DNA of 63,701 nucleotides, filler included, from Octopus bimaculoides (Eukaryota), in assembly GCF_001194135.2 (NCBI RefSeq). It is 7 parts of 7 records of this genome, joined end to end, with 100 filler letters (N's around TTAATTAATTAA, not from the genome) between each part and the next. Parts side by side here need not be neighbours in the genome. Positions count along the whole stretch, not along the records: positions 1 to 27,342 come from NC_068989.1; 6 more parts are not named here. One strand, written 5' to 3'. Below the pieces are notes generated by a model, which saw only the letters and a list, made by a program, of their open reading frames with translations, had not been told where the DNA came from and did no database searches. Within the stretch, counting starts at the first letter, position 1. The number at the start of each line of letters is the position of its first letter. The position numbers were made by a program, and so were the translations under genes. This document shows, in pieces, positions 13,116 through 24,349 of the stretch.

Positions 13116-14679
13116 TGAGTGAAACAAGTAAAAGAGTAAAAGATGTGTGTGTGTGTTTGATAAACGCAAAGGAACCAAGCAGTACCTAATGTATATGCAC
13201 GTGTGTGTGTGTGTGTGTGTGAATGTGTGTGCGCGCGCGTGTGTGCGTATGTGTGTGTGTGTGTGTGAGTGTGTGTGTTTGATAAACACAAAGGAACCAA
13301 GCAATACCGTCTCAATTTATATGCACGCGCGCAAATGTGTGTATGTTTGTATGTGTGTGCGTTTGTTTGTATGTGTGTGTTTGAGTGTGTGTGTGTGTGA
13401 GTGTACGTGCGATTGTACGAGTGAGAGTGTGTGTGTGTGTGTGTGCGCTCGCACGCGTGTACTTTCTTGAGGAATCACGGCAAATTTATCGTGCATCTTG
13501 ATTCTGAGTAAATAGGTCCCGTTAAAAGAAGAAAAAAAATGGCATTTTCTTAACTAAATTGCAACCAAAAGGAAAAAAAAAAAAAGAAAAAAAACGAAAC
13601 GAAAAAGGTAAAAAGAGATATTTTTTAATAACTGCAAAAATAGGAAGTTAAAATTTACAAACGATAAAAAAAAAACCCAAATATGGGAAATCGATTATAA
13701 ATGCAATTAATTTCATTAAAATAGATTGAAGTAAAAAAGAAAAAAATATTAATAATGGATACTCAAATAAAACCACGAGTAAAAGAAAAACAATATTCTT
13801 TTAAACGATAAATTAAACGAGTTTTCTTTATTTTTTACATCGTTCACTCANNNNNNNNNNNNNNNNNNNNNNNNNNNNNNNNNNNNNNNNNNNNNNNNNN
13901 NNNNNNNNNNNNNNNNNNNNNNNNNNNNNNNNNNNNNNNNNNNNNNNNNNNNNNNNNNNNNNNNNNNNNNNNNNNNNNNNNNNNNNNNNNNNNNNNNNNN
14001 NNNNNNNNNNNNNNNNNNNNNNNNNNNNNNNNNNNNNNNNNNNNNNNNNNNNNNNNNNNNNNNNNNNNNNNNNNNNNNNNNNNNNNNNNNNNNNNNNNNN
14101 NNNNNNNNNNNNNNNNNNNNNNNNNNNNNNNNNNNNNNNNNNNNNNNNNNNNNNNNNNNNNNNNNNNNNNNNNNNNNNNNNNNNNNNNNNNNNNNNNNNN
14201 NNNNNNNNNNNNNNNNNNNNNNNNNNNNNNNNNNNNNNNNNNNNNNNNNNNNNNNNNNNNNNNNNNNNNNNNNNNNNNNNNNNNNNNNNNNNNNNNNNNN
14301 NNNNNNNNNNNNNNNNNNNNNNNNNNNNNNNNNNNNNNNNNNNNNNNNNNNNNNNNNNNNNNNNNNNNNNNNNNNNNNNNNNNNNNNNNNNNNNNNNNNN
14401 NNNNNNNNNNNNNNNNNNNNNNNNNNNNNNNNNNNNNNNNNNNNNNNNNNNNNNNNNNNNNNNNNNNNNNNNNNNNNNNNNNNNNNNNNNNNNNNNNNNN
14501 NNNNNNNNNNNNNNNNNNNNNNNNNNNNNNNNNNNNNNNNNNNNNNNNNNNNNNNNNNNNNNNNNNNNNNNNNNNNNNNNNNNNNNNNNNNNNNNNNNNN
14601 NNNNNNNNNNNNNNNNNNNNNNNNNNNNNNNNNNNNNNNNNNNNNNNNNNTATATATATATATATATATATATATCCAT

Positions 14680-14905
14680 ATGTGGACACAGGGCGTCATG
14701 AAACGTGTACAACGAAGAAAAATAAAATGCGAAGTACGAGTACATGGAATATGAACTATTTTTTCGAATAACGAAAGACACAAATGGAAAACAAGAGAGA
14801 CAACATAAAGAACGACCCTTCATCAGTTGTTGGCTGTTTTTCTACTCTCGCATTTCGAGCATTTAACAACAATATACGCTTTCGATAAAACACTCAAGAA
14901 TCAAG
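14680..14905 (-). mobile_element. Non-coding repeat, Penelope-end-like (family with 49430-50080 and 51060-51710)
   Basis: Shares AAAGAACGACCCTTCATCAGTTGT.GGCTGT..TAC..C.CATTTCGA.CATT with both other copies; the Penelope link is inferred from CTGATGAAGG and CGAAA motifs on the minus strand. Confidence 0.6.
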
Positions 14906-15289
14906 TATCTTAAACGTTAGGACCAGCACTGGCATAGCGGAAACATTGAGGGAGGTGGGTTTTTATTTAGGCGAATAGCTCTAACTTCTATACTTGAAGT
15001 CTTTCTTTGTCACGAGATCTTTACCCATGTCACCAATGTATGAACGTATGTATGTACGTACGTACGTTTGTATATATGCATGATCGTATGCATGTATGCG
15101 TGTATGGATGTATATATATGTATATGTGGTATATATTTATATGTAAAAGTGTGTATGAATGCACAGACTCTCAGATATGTATATATAGATATACATATAT
15201 ACATACAAGCATACACATACACATATCTAGACATATTTACACACACACGCACAGGCACACACATATATGTACATACATACACATTCTCT

Positions 15290-15305
15290 ATCCATCCATC
15301 TATCC

Positions 15306-15353
<48 letters not shown>

Positions 15354-15400
15354 GTGTCTGTCCATCTGTCTTACTGTCTGTCTGTCTCTGTCTCTCTCTC

Positions 15401-15436
<36 letters not shown>

Positions 15437-15440
15437 CCTG

Positions 15441-15490
<50 letters not shown>

Positions 15491-15504
15491 CACACACACA
15501 CACA

Positions 15505-15541
<37 letters not shown>
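15290..15541. repeat. Compound (TATC)/(TC)/(CA) microsatellite
   Basis: Directly visible. Confidence 0.95.
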
Positions 15542-15543
<2 letters not shown>

Positions 15544-16363
15544 AACATAACAAGACTGTTTGTTTAGAATCATATTCAAATTCTGCTTAAGTAGTCATTT
15601 TTTGTTTTGGTACGTGACATCATCAGCGTATATTTATTTACAATGTCCAATTCATATAGACTGTGCAGTGATATGATCAACGAGCCGTATATAATCAATT
15701 ATTCGCCACTNNNNNNNNNNNNNNNNNNNNNNNNNNNNNNNNNNNNNNNNNNNNNNNNNNNNNNNNNNNNNNNNNNNNNNNNNNNNNNNNNNNNNNNNNN
15801 NNNNNNNNNNNNNNNNNNNNNNNNNNNNNNNNNNNNNNNNNNNNNNNNNNNNNNNNNNNNNNNNNNNNNNNNNNNNNNNNNNNNNNNNNNNNNNNNNNNN
15901 NNNNNNNNNNNNNNNNNNNNNNNNNNNNNNNNNNNNNNNNNNNNNNNNNNNNNNNNNNNNNNNNNNNNNNNNNNNNNNNNNNNNNNNNNNNNNNNNNNNN
16001 NNNNNNNNNNNNNNNNNNNNNNNNNNNNNNNNNNNNNNNNNNNNNNNNNNNNNNNNNNNNNNNNNNNNNNNNNNNNNNNNNNNNNNNNNNNNNNNNNNNN
16101 NNNNNNNNNNNNNNNNNNNNNNNNNNNNNNNNNNNNNNNNNNNNNNNNNNNNNNNNNNNNNNNNNNNNNNNNNNNNNNNNNNNNNNNNNNNNNNNNNNNN
16201 NNNNNNNNNNNNNNNNNNNNNNNNNNNNNNNNNNNNNNNNNNNNNNNNNNNNNNNNNNNNNNNNNNNNNNNNNNNNNNNNNNNNNNNNNNNNNNNNNNNN
16301 NNNNNNNNNNNNNNNNNNNNNNNNNNNNNNNNNNNNNNNNNNNNNNNNNNNNNNNNNNNNNNN

Positions 16364-16617
16364 GAAATTAACGTGCAAGTGGCTGAGCATTCCACAGACA
16401 CATGTATCTTTAACGTAGTTCTCGGGGAGATTCAGCGTGACACAAAGTGTGACAAAGCCGGCCCTTTGAAATACACGCACTACTCATTTTTGCCAGCTGA
16501 GTGGACTGGAGCAACGTGAAATAAAGTGTCTTGCTCAAGGACACAACGCGTCGCCGGGAATTGAAATCACGACCTTACGATCGCGAGCCGAATACCCTAA
16601 CCACTAAGCCACGCGCC
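16364..16617 (-). mobile_element. SINE family C, tail variant 1
   Basis: Minus strand GGCGCGTGGCTTAGTGGTTAGGG (A box) ..GTGATTTCAATTCC (B box) ..GTGTCCTTGAGCAAGACACTT (CORE-like) ..CCACTCAGCTGGCAAAAATGAGTA, then a tail not shared with 43715-43964. Confidence 0.85.
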
Positions 16618-16651
16618 TTCATACCAATTAATAATAGATAAGCCGTGAGAT

Positions 16652-16795
16652 TAAAAAGCTCGCTTTTGCAACCACATGATTTCGGGTTTATTTCCATTGT
16701 GCAGCACCAGGGCAAGTGTCCTCTGCTGTAATCCTGGGCTGAATAATGCCTTGTCGATGAGTTTGGTCGACAGAAACTGTGTGGAATCCCGTATT
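16652..16795 (+). mobile_element. Diverged partial SINE family B
   Basis: GCTCGCTTTTGCAACCACATG..GCACCAGGGCAAGTGTCCTCT..GAAACTG. Confidence 0.7.
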
Positions 16796-16804
16796 ACCAC
16801 ATCT

Positions 16805-17203
16805 GAGTGGCTGTGTGGTAAGAAGCTTGATTCGCAACCACATGGCTCCTCCGAGTTCAGTCCTAATGCGTGGAAAATTGTGCTGGTGTCTTCTACTATA
16901 TGTCTTGGGCTGACCAAAGCTTTGTGAGTAGATTTGGTAGACGGAAACTGAATGAAGCCCGTCATATATATAAATACGAATATATACGTATGTGTGTGTG
17001 TCTTGGTGTCTGAGTTTATCCCTCACCGGTGTTGATGTGCTTAATTCCCCGTAACTTTGAGGGTAGGTAAAAGAGACCGATTGACTAAGTAGCAGGCATT
17101 AAAAAAAAAGTACTGGAGTCGACTCGTTCGACTAAAATTCTTTGAGGTGTTGCCCCAGCATGGCTGCAGTTCAGTGGCTGAGGCAAGAAAACATAAAAGA
17201 TTA
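16805..17203 (+). mobile_element. Near full-length SINE family B
   Basis: GAGTGGCTGTGTGGTAAG..GACCAAAGC.TTGTGAGTAGATTTGGTAGACGGAAACTGAA..CCCCAGCATGGCTGCAGT. Confidence 0.85.
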
Positions 17204-17327
17204 AATAGTGTGACATTTTCAGCTCGACTAAACAACCAACAAGTATTATTAGGAGAATAATACCGATCATAGAACAGTGTTTTATTGCTCGAAGTACTTT
17301 GTCAGTGGGAGTTATATAGAATAATAT

Positions 17328-17822
17328 AGATATGAGAAGTCTTAGCGCAGCCGTTTTGGCGCCACCTGTTTGACATCATTGATTCGACGCTGACTTATTT
17401 GACACCAAACATCTTAATGGTTCTCTCGTTCTCTCCCTACCTTCCTCTTTACTTCCCTTTTTCTCCTTCGCTTCTCTCTGTTTATGTGTGTAAGCATATT
17501 TTTCTTTATCTATATGGGGAGAGGAGAAACAGTTTATGCTAATCGTGTTCAATTAATAAATTGCAATGTCTCTCTCTACCCTTCTCTCCCTACCCCTCTC
17601 ACTCATTCTCTTCACATTTGTATACATCTGTATGCATATGCATGCGTATGTGTGTTTGTGTGTGTTGCTTGCAGCGCCATAGTACTGTCATCAAAACAAG
17701 CCAAATATCCGGCCATCTGTGCTAAATCGTCCACTTCCAAACAACTGCAGTAAATCATCTGTGCCCAAGTAGCTACGGAAAATTATCTGCGCCCAAGTGG
17801 CTGCGGCAATTTGTCTCATTCC
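17328..17822. mobile_element. Degenerate TIR element with subterminal repeats (unclassified, possibly Mutator-like)
   Basis: Left ATGAGA..GCGCAGCCGTTTTGGCGC resembles the reverse complement of the right end (GGAATGAGA..CCGCAGCCACTTGGGCGC); short internal motif repeats at both ends; TSD not clean. Confidence 0.4.
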
Positions 17823-18189
17823 AAAATAATGTTAAGCACGAATAATAATTATGATTTCGTTTCTCTCAAATTTCATATCACTTATTCAATTTAATAATAT
17901 TAATCTAATTTAGAAAATAAGATTTACTAACTTAAAATTCTCATTTGTATATTTGCAATAATTATATAATCAATAAAATAATATTGTTTAATTAATACTC
18001 TGATAATGGGGTGTGAATAACTCACTTGAGTTTGGTTTTCACTCTGCAAATTAAAGACTCGAATTGTTGTTTCTCTTTTTTAGTTTTCTTCGTTTTCTTT
18101 TGTGAAGCATATTTTATAGTGTCTGGGGAGAGTCATTCTCTATTAGTGCCCCATTATTTAACACACTCACCGGTTCGATTTCCACTCAT

Positions 18190-18385
18190 TTACTTACTCT
18201 TTACTCTTTTACTTGTTTCAGTCATTTGACTGCGGCCATGCTGGAGCACCGCCTTTTAGTCGAGCAAATCGACTCCAGGACTTATTCTTTGTAAGCCTAG
18301 TACTTATTCTGTCGGTCTCTTTTAGCTCCAGCATGGCCGAAGTCAAATGACTGAAACAAGTAAAAGCATAAAAGAATAAAAGAAT
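18190..18385. mobile_element. Two SINE family B tails in inverted orientation
   Basis: CTTTTACTTGTTTCAGTCATTTGACTGCGGCCATGCTGGAGC (about 18205-18246) is the reverse complement of GCTCCAGCATGGCCGAAGTCAAATGACTGAAACAAGTAAAAG (about 18326-18367) with 2 mismatches. Confidence 0.85.
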
Positions 18386-18407
18386 GTAAAACACCAACAA
18401 TATTTAT

Positions 18408-18585
18408 GCCGTCTTCGTCTGTTTTTACGTTCTGAGTTCAAATTCCGCCGAGGTCGACTTTGCTTTTCATCCTTCCGGCGTCGATAAATTAAGAACCAAT
18501 TACGTACTGGGTCGATGTAATCGACTTAGCCCCTTTGTCTGTCCCTTCTATGTTTAACTCCTTGTGGGCAATACAGAAATAAGAA
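18408..18585 (+). mobile_element. SINE family A, tail type 1
   Basis: Body as in 881-1167; tail CCCTTTGTCTGTCCCTTCTATGTTT..AATACAGAAATAAGAA. Confidence 0.88.
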
Positions 18586-18785
18586 ACGTTAGCACGCCGG
18601 GCGAAATGCTTAGTGCTATTTCGTCTGTCTTTACGTTCTGAGTTCAAATTCCAACGAGGTTGACTTTGCCTTTCATCCTCTCGGGGTCGATAAATTAAGA
18701 ACCAATTGCGTACTGGGATCGATCTAATCGACTGGCCCCCTCCCACAAAAAATTTTCGAACCTTGTGCCTAGAATAGAAAAGAAT
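18586..18785 (+). mobile_element. SINE family A, tail type 2, abutting the previous copy
   Basis: CGTTAGCACGCCGGGCGAAATG.. same body; tail CTGGCCCCCTCCC..CCTTGTGCCTAGAATAGAAAAGAAT. Confidence 0.88.
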
Positions 18786-19830
18786 ATTTATGCCGTTTAC
18801 TCTTTCGGTTGCGTGAGACTTACAACTCTTACTCCGTCACAATCTCACCTCTCACTCTGTCTTTATGCTGTCTGCTTTTACTATCTTATCTCCCTCTCTC
18901 ATCACAAACTGACTGTTATTTGACAGAACAGAATTTATAAAACAGCAATACGCCGATACAGCATTACGTTGTAGTGACAAAAAAAAAAAACCCAAAAAAC
19001 AAAAAAAAAACCCCAGAAAAATAATGCAATTCAGAAAAATGTATATTTAATTACGAAGTACCCTGTGTAAGTAATTCACGGTGATTTTAATCTATTTTAT
19101 TTACAATAATTGCTTATTTCAAGAGAGGTAATATTTGTAATTTTATACAAGAATTGAATTAAAATTTCGATCCTCAGACCACTTCTACCTTCAACCCGTT
19201 TTTTTATTCTCTAACCCCCACTTCCAATCTTTCTATTTGAAGCTAAGGCATACACCCATACATACATCGTCGAAGCAAAAATGAGATACTATAACTACTA
19301 CTACTACTACTAGTTATCACAGTAATAGTAGTAATGGTAGTAGCAGTGGTGGTAGTAGTAGTAGTTAAAATGATAGTCTAGCACTCTGTCTCTTTCTCCC
19401 TTCTTCCTGGTCACAACAAAGAATTTACTAAGTAATGGCGATTACATAGTCTATATGTATACATTATCTATATATCACTTTATAAATAGTTTTTTTGTTT
19501 GTTTGTTTTTCTTTAAACCGAATACCCCCTTCTAGAAATTATTCAGTTAAAATCGGTTGCTATAGAGATTTCAATTGTTCTAACCTTCAAAGTTTGACTG
19601 ATAATTTAAAAGTTAAGGAAAATTAAACCAATAAAAATGGCTCTCCCGTATTTTATGAGTGAACGAAATAAAAAAAAAACAAATTCATTAATAATTTTGT
19701 CTTTTTAGAGTATTTCTTCTTTCCTTCTCGACTCATCTTTCTACTTGTATTTCTGTTTTCTTTCTCTTCTTTTTTTATTGGAATCTTTCTTAATGAAATT
19801 AATTGCATTTATAATCGATTTCCTATATCG

Positions 19831-19957
19831 CGTGTGTGTATGTGTGTGTATGTGTGTGTATGTGTGTGTATATGTGTGTATGTGTGTGTATGTGTGTGTA
19901 TGTGTGTGTATGTGTGTGTATATGTGTGTATGTGTGTGTATGTGTGTGTATGTGTGC
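19831..19957. repeat. 10-bp minisatellite (TGTGTGTGTA)n
   Basis: About 12 units with 10-nt period. Confidence 0.9.
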
Positions 19958-20071
19958 ATTTTCAGTCCAGTGCAAGGTAGGTAGATAATGCGTCTTTGTT
20001 TTTCTTTTTCTTTAGTAAAAAAAAAGAAAAAAAAACTGCTATTTATCTTACTTTGTGATCAATGCACTCAG

Positions 20072-20150
20072 CGACGAAATTACCCAGCGATCAATTTACC
20101 AGTCGACGAAATTACCCAGCGATCAATTTACCAGTCGACGAAATTACAGT
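20072..20150. repeat. 32-bp tandem repeat, about 2.4 units
   Basis: CGACGAAATTACCCAGCGATCAATTTACCAGT starts at 20072, 20104 and (partial) 20136. Confidence 0.9.
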
Positions 20151-20295
20151 CGATGTATTAATCGCAATGTAATTACTCGTGGTGAATCTGCTACCATGAA
20201 CTTCAGCGGATACTTTTCTTACGTTGTATTTGTAAAACAAGTGATTTTTATCAGAGACAAGGTGTTGGAACTAAAACAATTGCATCACGGTAGAG

Positions 20296-20853
20296 GGATC
20301 TATTTTAAAACGGGGGCCACATTTTTCATTAATGTTTTACGTAGTGTTTTTGGTACCGAAAGACTTTCAAACTTCGTATACTTATCAATTTTGTGTTATA
20401 GAACAGAAAAATATTTTTGTATTCGAATTTATTTCATGTAAAAAATTGTCTTATTTCGATAATTTCAACCAATCACTGACAAGTATTCAGTTGTTTACAT
20501 TTACTCCTTTGGCTGATTAAGCGATGTAAAGCGTATTTAATCTCCATACCTTCGTTTTATTTGCTTTTTTCATTTTAAATTTGCTTTAACCCTAACCCTA
20601 AGGTTGGGGTTAATTGTTTCAGAATCGTTTGTTTATGTAGTCGGCACTTAATGTATATCGGCTGAATGGACGTCAGTGATTGGTTGAAATTACAGAAATG
20701 CGACAACTTTAACATGGAATAACTTATGGATTTCTTTTTTTTTTTTAAGAAGACTAAGAGAAAAAGATGTTTTATATGACACATTCTACCAGTGTTCCAA
20801 GTTTCAAAGTGTTTCGTTAATGAAAAATGTGGCCCCCGTTTTAAAAGAGATCC
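20296..20853. mobile_element. 558-bp MITE of the same family as 1349-1649, opposite orientation, perfect 8-bp TSD
   Basis: Termini GGATCTATTTTAAAACGGGGGCCACATT / AATGTGGCCCCCGTTTTAAAAGAGATCC; CGGTAGAG at 20288-20295 and 20854-20861; both ends align to the reverse complement of the 301-bp copy. Confidence 0.92.
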
Positions 20854-21047
20854 CGGTAGAGTCATCGTAGACATTAAAGACATACATTCACTGCTGTGAT
20901 TCACTTTTCAGTAATTATTTCCTGATATTCATAATGATTAACTGAGTCTAACTTATACGGAGATAACTCTTTCTCTTTCTTGCCCAGAACGAATAAGTAA
21001 GGCTAATAATTTTTCTCCATACGACAGATGAAATTTTAATTAATTAA

Positions 21048-21080
<33 letters not shown>

Positions 21081-21559
21081 GCAAGAGAGAAACCCGCATA
21101 TCGAAGGCAAGATGAAAAGCAAATCCTGTTATTTTATATAACGTGAAAAAATATGATGAATAAAGATGAACAAAGATGAAAAATGATGAAAAAGCCTTCT
21201 ATTTTATGTAACTTGCACTCGTGCAAAGCTCCCCGAACCATTTCTATGGAAGACATTTCGGAGAATAGAAGAAATGTTTGAAAAACAATTGAAGCAGTTG
21301 CCTCAACAGTAAACTTTTATCTATATTCTATGAACACACACTAGGCAAACATATTATATTAGCACATATAATCATGTTCAAAAGATCCAATGCTATGACA
21401 AGTTACTGAATCAGTCATCATACTGGAGAGTAAACCTCCTGACTCTACTGCTCCTATTCGAAATACGATGCTGTTGTACTCTACATAATACGTACTCTAT
21501 TATTTTTTCATATACCATGGTTTGCTAATAATTTTAGATCACAAATACACTCTCCACCC

Positions 21560-21775
21560 TCCTATCTTAACCATGTGGAACATCCAGGACTTGAAAGCTG
21601 GGTGGAGAGGCGGTTGTACCAGCAGAGGGGTGGTAGTTTATTTATCAATCCACATCTGGATGAATAACCAGGTTGACCTAGATGGGATTTGAAACTCGGT
21701 GTGTAGAGAACCAGAATATATACTACAACAAATTCTATCCGTCACTCAAACGATTCTGTCAGTTGGCCGCCTTGT
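21560..21775 (-). mobile_element. Highly degenerate SINE family A copy
   Basis: Residual TTTATTTATCAATCC..GGATGAA..GTTGACCT..GATTTGAAACTC..GATTCTGTCAG.TGGCCGCC. Confidence 0.45.
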
Positions 21776-23121
21776 ACAACTATTATTATACTAACACTAA
21801 AACTATTATCCGCAACTTCATGAATATCATTATTTCCAGTTCAAAAAGTAAAAAGTAGAAATAATATATAAATAGCAATAAGACTAAAACAAACAAATAA
21901 ACAAACAAGCAATATTTATATCATGCTTATAGCCTGAAATATCCTTATTTAAAATGTAGTAGTGACTTTATTAAAAACATCTCCAGCCCATAATAAATAG
22001 AATTAGATTATACGTCGTTGTGAATATATAAACAACTAAAGATATAGTTTATGTAAAATTTATAAAATAAGATAAATTTGTCTGCCTTGGGAAGAATAAA
22101 ATTTTATTAACTATTCATTGTCGAAGTAGACCTTCCCTAGAAACCTCGGATCTAATAATTTTTTTCTTTAAAGTTCCACTAGTTGCAGCAGTGCTGGAGC
22201 AATGCCATCAAATATTTTAGTCAATCATTTCATGTATATAATTATTTCAGTTTGCCATACATTTCATCGATCTGTCTATCGAAAAGGTAATGTACCGTTT
22301 TTGATTTAAAGGGACGCAATTTGAAACATCAGTTTAAACCCATAAAAAATAAAAACCGCCTCGAACACACACAAAGACAAATATATATACCACGGTCTTC
22401 TGTACAGTTTCCATCTACTAAAATTCTTCTGCCAAGACATTATCAACCCGAGACCACACTAGATACCACGCAGTAGAATCGAACCTAGAACCACGTGGCT
22501 GGAAAACGAAGTTCGTCTCTACAGGGACAAGTTTGTACCAATGAGAATTTTAAAGAAAAACGTAGATGACATCTCTAACTATCAAAGTTCCACACAGACG
22601 TTTAAAAGCAACAACAATAACAACATGCATTTATACTTATTTTATCACTGCGTAATACCTCAATTAAGTAATTAATTAATTCACATTGCACTGGTATAGA
22701 AATTAAACAGACCACTTTAATATGCCCAAACCTGCGTATACTGACTACAGGAAACGAGAAAACAGTCGCCAATCTAACGAAGGATTAATAGTGAAACTAG
22801 TCTGATTAATATCTTTTCTGGCCACACAAAGTTAAAATAAAAATCTTATGCTTTAATCAATGTGAACTATTTTTCACAGAAAGGCCAAAATGTGTATTTA
22901 TGTATTTACTGAAAATACACGCGCATAAGTTTAATTCACACACGTACGCATGCGTCATGTATATTTTGAAAATCGTCTGCCTGGAAATAGGGTCATTTTA
23001 GACATTTAAACATACTTATAGTACCGAATACATCATCATCATATTAATATAATAGTCAAAACAATAGTATAAATATTTATTTTAAAGTAAAGTTGACGTT
23101 ACCTCGAGACAGTGTGAAATA

Positions 23122-23451
23122 CAGTAATACCTCACTTTACGAGGATCGGGTTTACGAGACACTGGGTTTACGAGTTTTTTGTGTGTTACAAATGCTTTTG
23201 TAACACACAAATGCTTTTGTGTGTTACTGAGAGATTAACAGAGAGCGAATAAAAGCTTCTAAGCAAACAACTCTAGACTTCCTTTTGTAAAAAAGCTATC
23301 TACAAGTCCGTCTACGAGTGCTTGTGAATCGGCGATCACGTCTACAAGTGATGGTGTGCGCGAGTCTAATGCGAATCAAAGTGATTCAGAAAACGATTAT
23401 AATAATAATATTCTCCGCGAATAAATTAACTCGTATATCGACGTATTACTG
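23122..23451. mobile_element. 330-bp Tc1/mariner (pogo/Tigger-like) MITE with TA TSD
   Basis: TA|CAGTAATACCTCACTTTACGAG ... CTCGTATATCGACGTATTACTG|TA; TTTACGAG repeated three times subterminally. Confidence 0.8.
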
Positions 23452-23654
23452 TATATAATATAATAGAGAATAAAAGACCGATGCTTCCAAACAGTTTCGT
23501 TAGTATGTTTGCTATTAGCTAAATGCTTGTTGGTTGGTATGGATTATAGGGATTGGCCAAATATAAATACAAATCCCTATTCGAGGAGAAATAAACACAT
23601 AGACATAGATGTACATAGGCACATTCATACGACCATTCATACATACACAGAGAA

Positions 23655-23870
23655 GACGGTGAGCTGGCAGAATCGCTAGCATGCCGGGCAAAATACTTAA
23701 GCTGTATTTCACCTGGCTTTACGTTCTGAGTTCAAATAACGCCAGGGTCGACTTTGCCCTTTATCCTTTCGGAGTCGATAAATTAAATACCAGTGAAACA
23801 CTGGCGTCGATGTAATCGACTAGTCCTACCCCTCCAAAATTTCAGGCCTTGTGCCGATATTCGAAAGGAT
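23655..23870 (+). mobile_element. SINE family A, tail type 2
   Basis: GACGGTGAGCTGGCAGAATCG..GTTCTGAGTTCAAAT..GTCGATAAATTAAATACCAG..GGCCTTGTGCC. Confidence 0.88.
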
Positions 23871-24183
23871 TCATACATACACAGATTATGTGAAACGATT
23901 TCTGATTTTGTAGCTTATTGGATAATACAATAATAATACATGGGTAAGGATTGAATAAGACTAAACCAATATAACTCCCACCATACCAACACTCCGAGCC
24001 GAAGACTAGTACTGGGGCCGCACAGAAAGAATAAATTTTAAAATTTTATGACTGTTTCATTGAATATCGCAGTCAAAATCACTGTCTATAATATTCTTTT
24101 TGAAGAATAATAAATGTGTACTCTACAAAAGTATTCAGTAACCCATCAGATTAATGTAAAATTGTTTTTATTATAACTGAACA

Positions 24184-24349
24184 TATAACCAACCGAAATT
24201 GCAAAGATAATCTGAAACTCGACTGAGGAAAGAAAAATCCGAATGACCCGTCCTTGTTTTCTTTGTGTCGTCTATCTGGATGTTCTGTTGTCTCCTTTGT
24301 TGTATCACCTAACTGTCTGGATGTTTTGCGTCCTTCTCCCACTTTGTAT
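24184..24349 (+). mobile_element. Non-coding interspersed repeat (second copy at 36945-37130, minus strand)
   Basis: TATAACCA.C.GAAATTGCA..GATAATCTG.AACT.GACTGA.GAAAGAAAA.TCCGAATGAC.CGT shared between the two loci. Confidence 0.75.

Noticed and set aside
16540-16617. tRNA gene calls for the A-box/B-box heads (also 1100-1167, 9755-9820, 43890-43964)
   Set aside because: They continue into multi-copy SINE bodies and do not form a full cloverleaf.
20072-20150. 32-bp repeats as a CRISPR array
   Set aside because: Units are contiguous with no spacers, there are no cas genes, and the context is eukaryotic.
20587-20601. TAACCCTAACCCTAA as a telomere
   Set aside because: Only about 2.5 units, internal to a TSD-flanked MITE.
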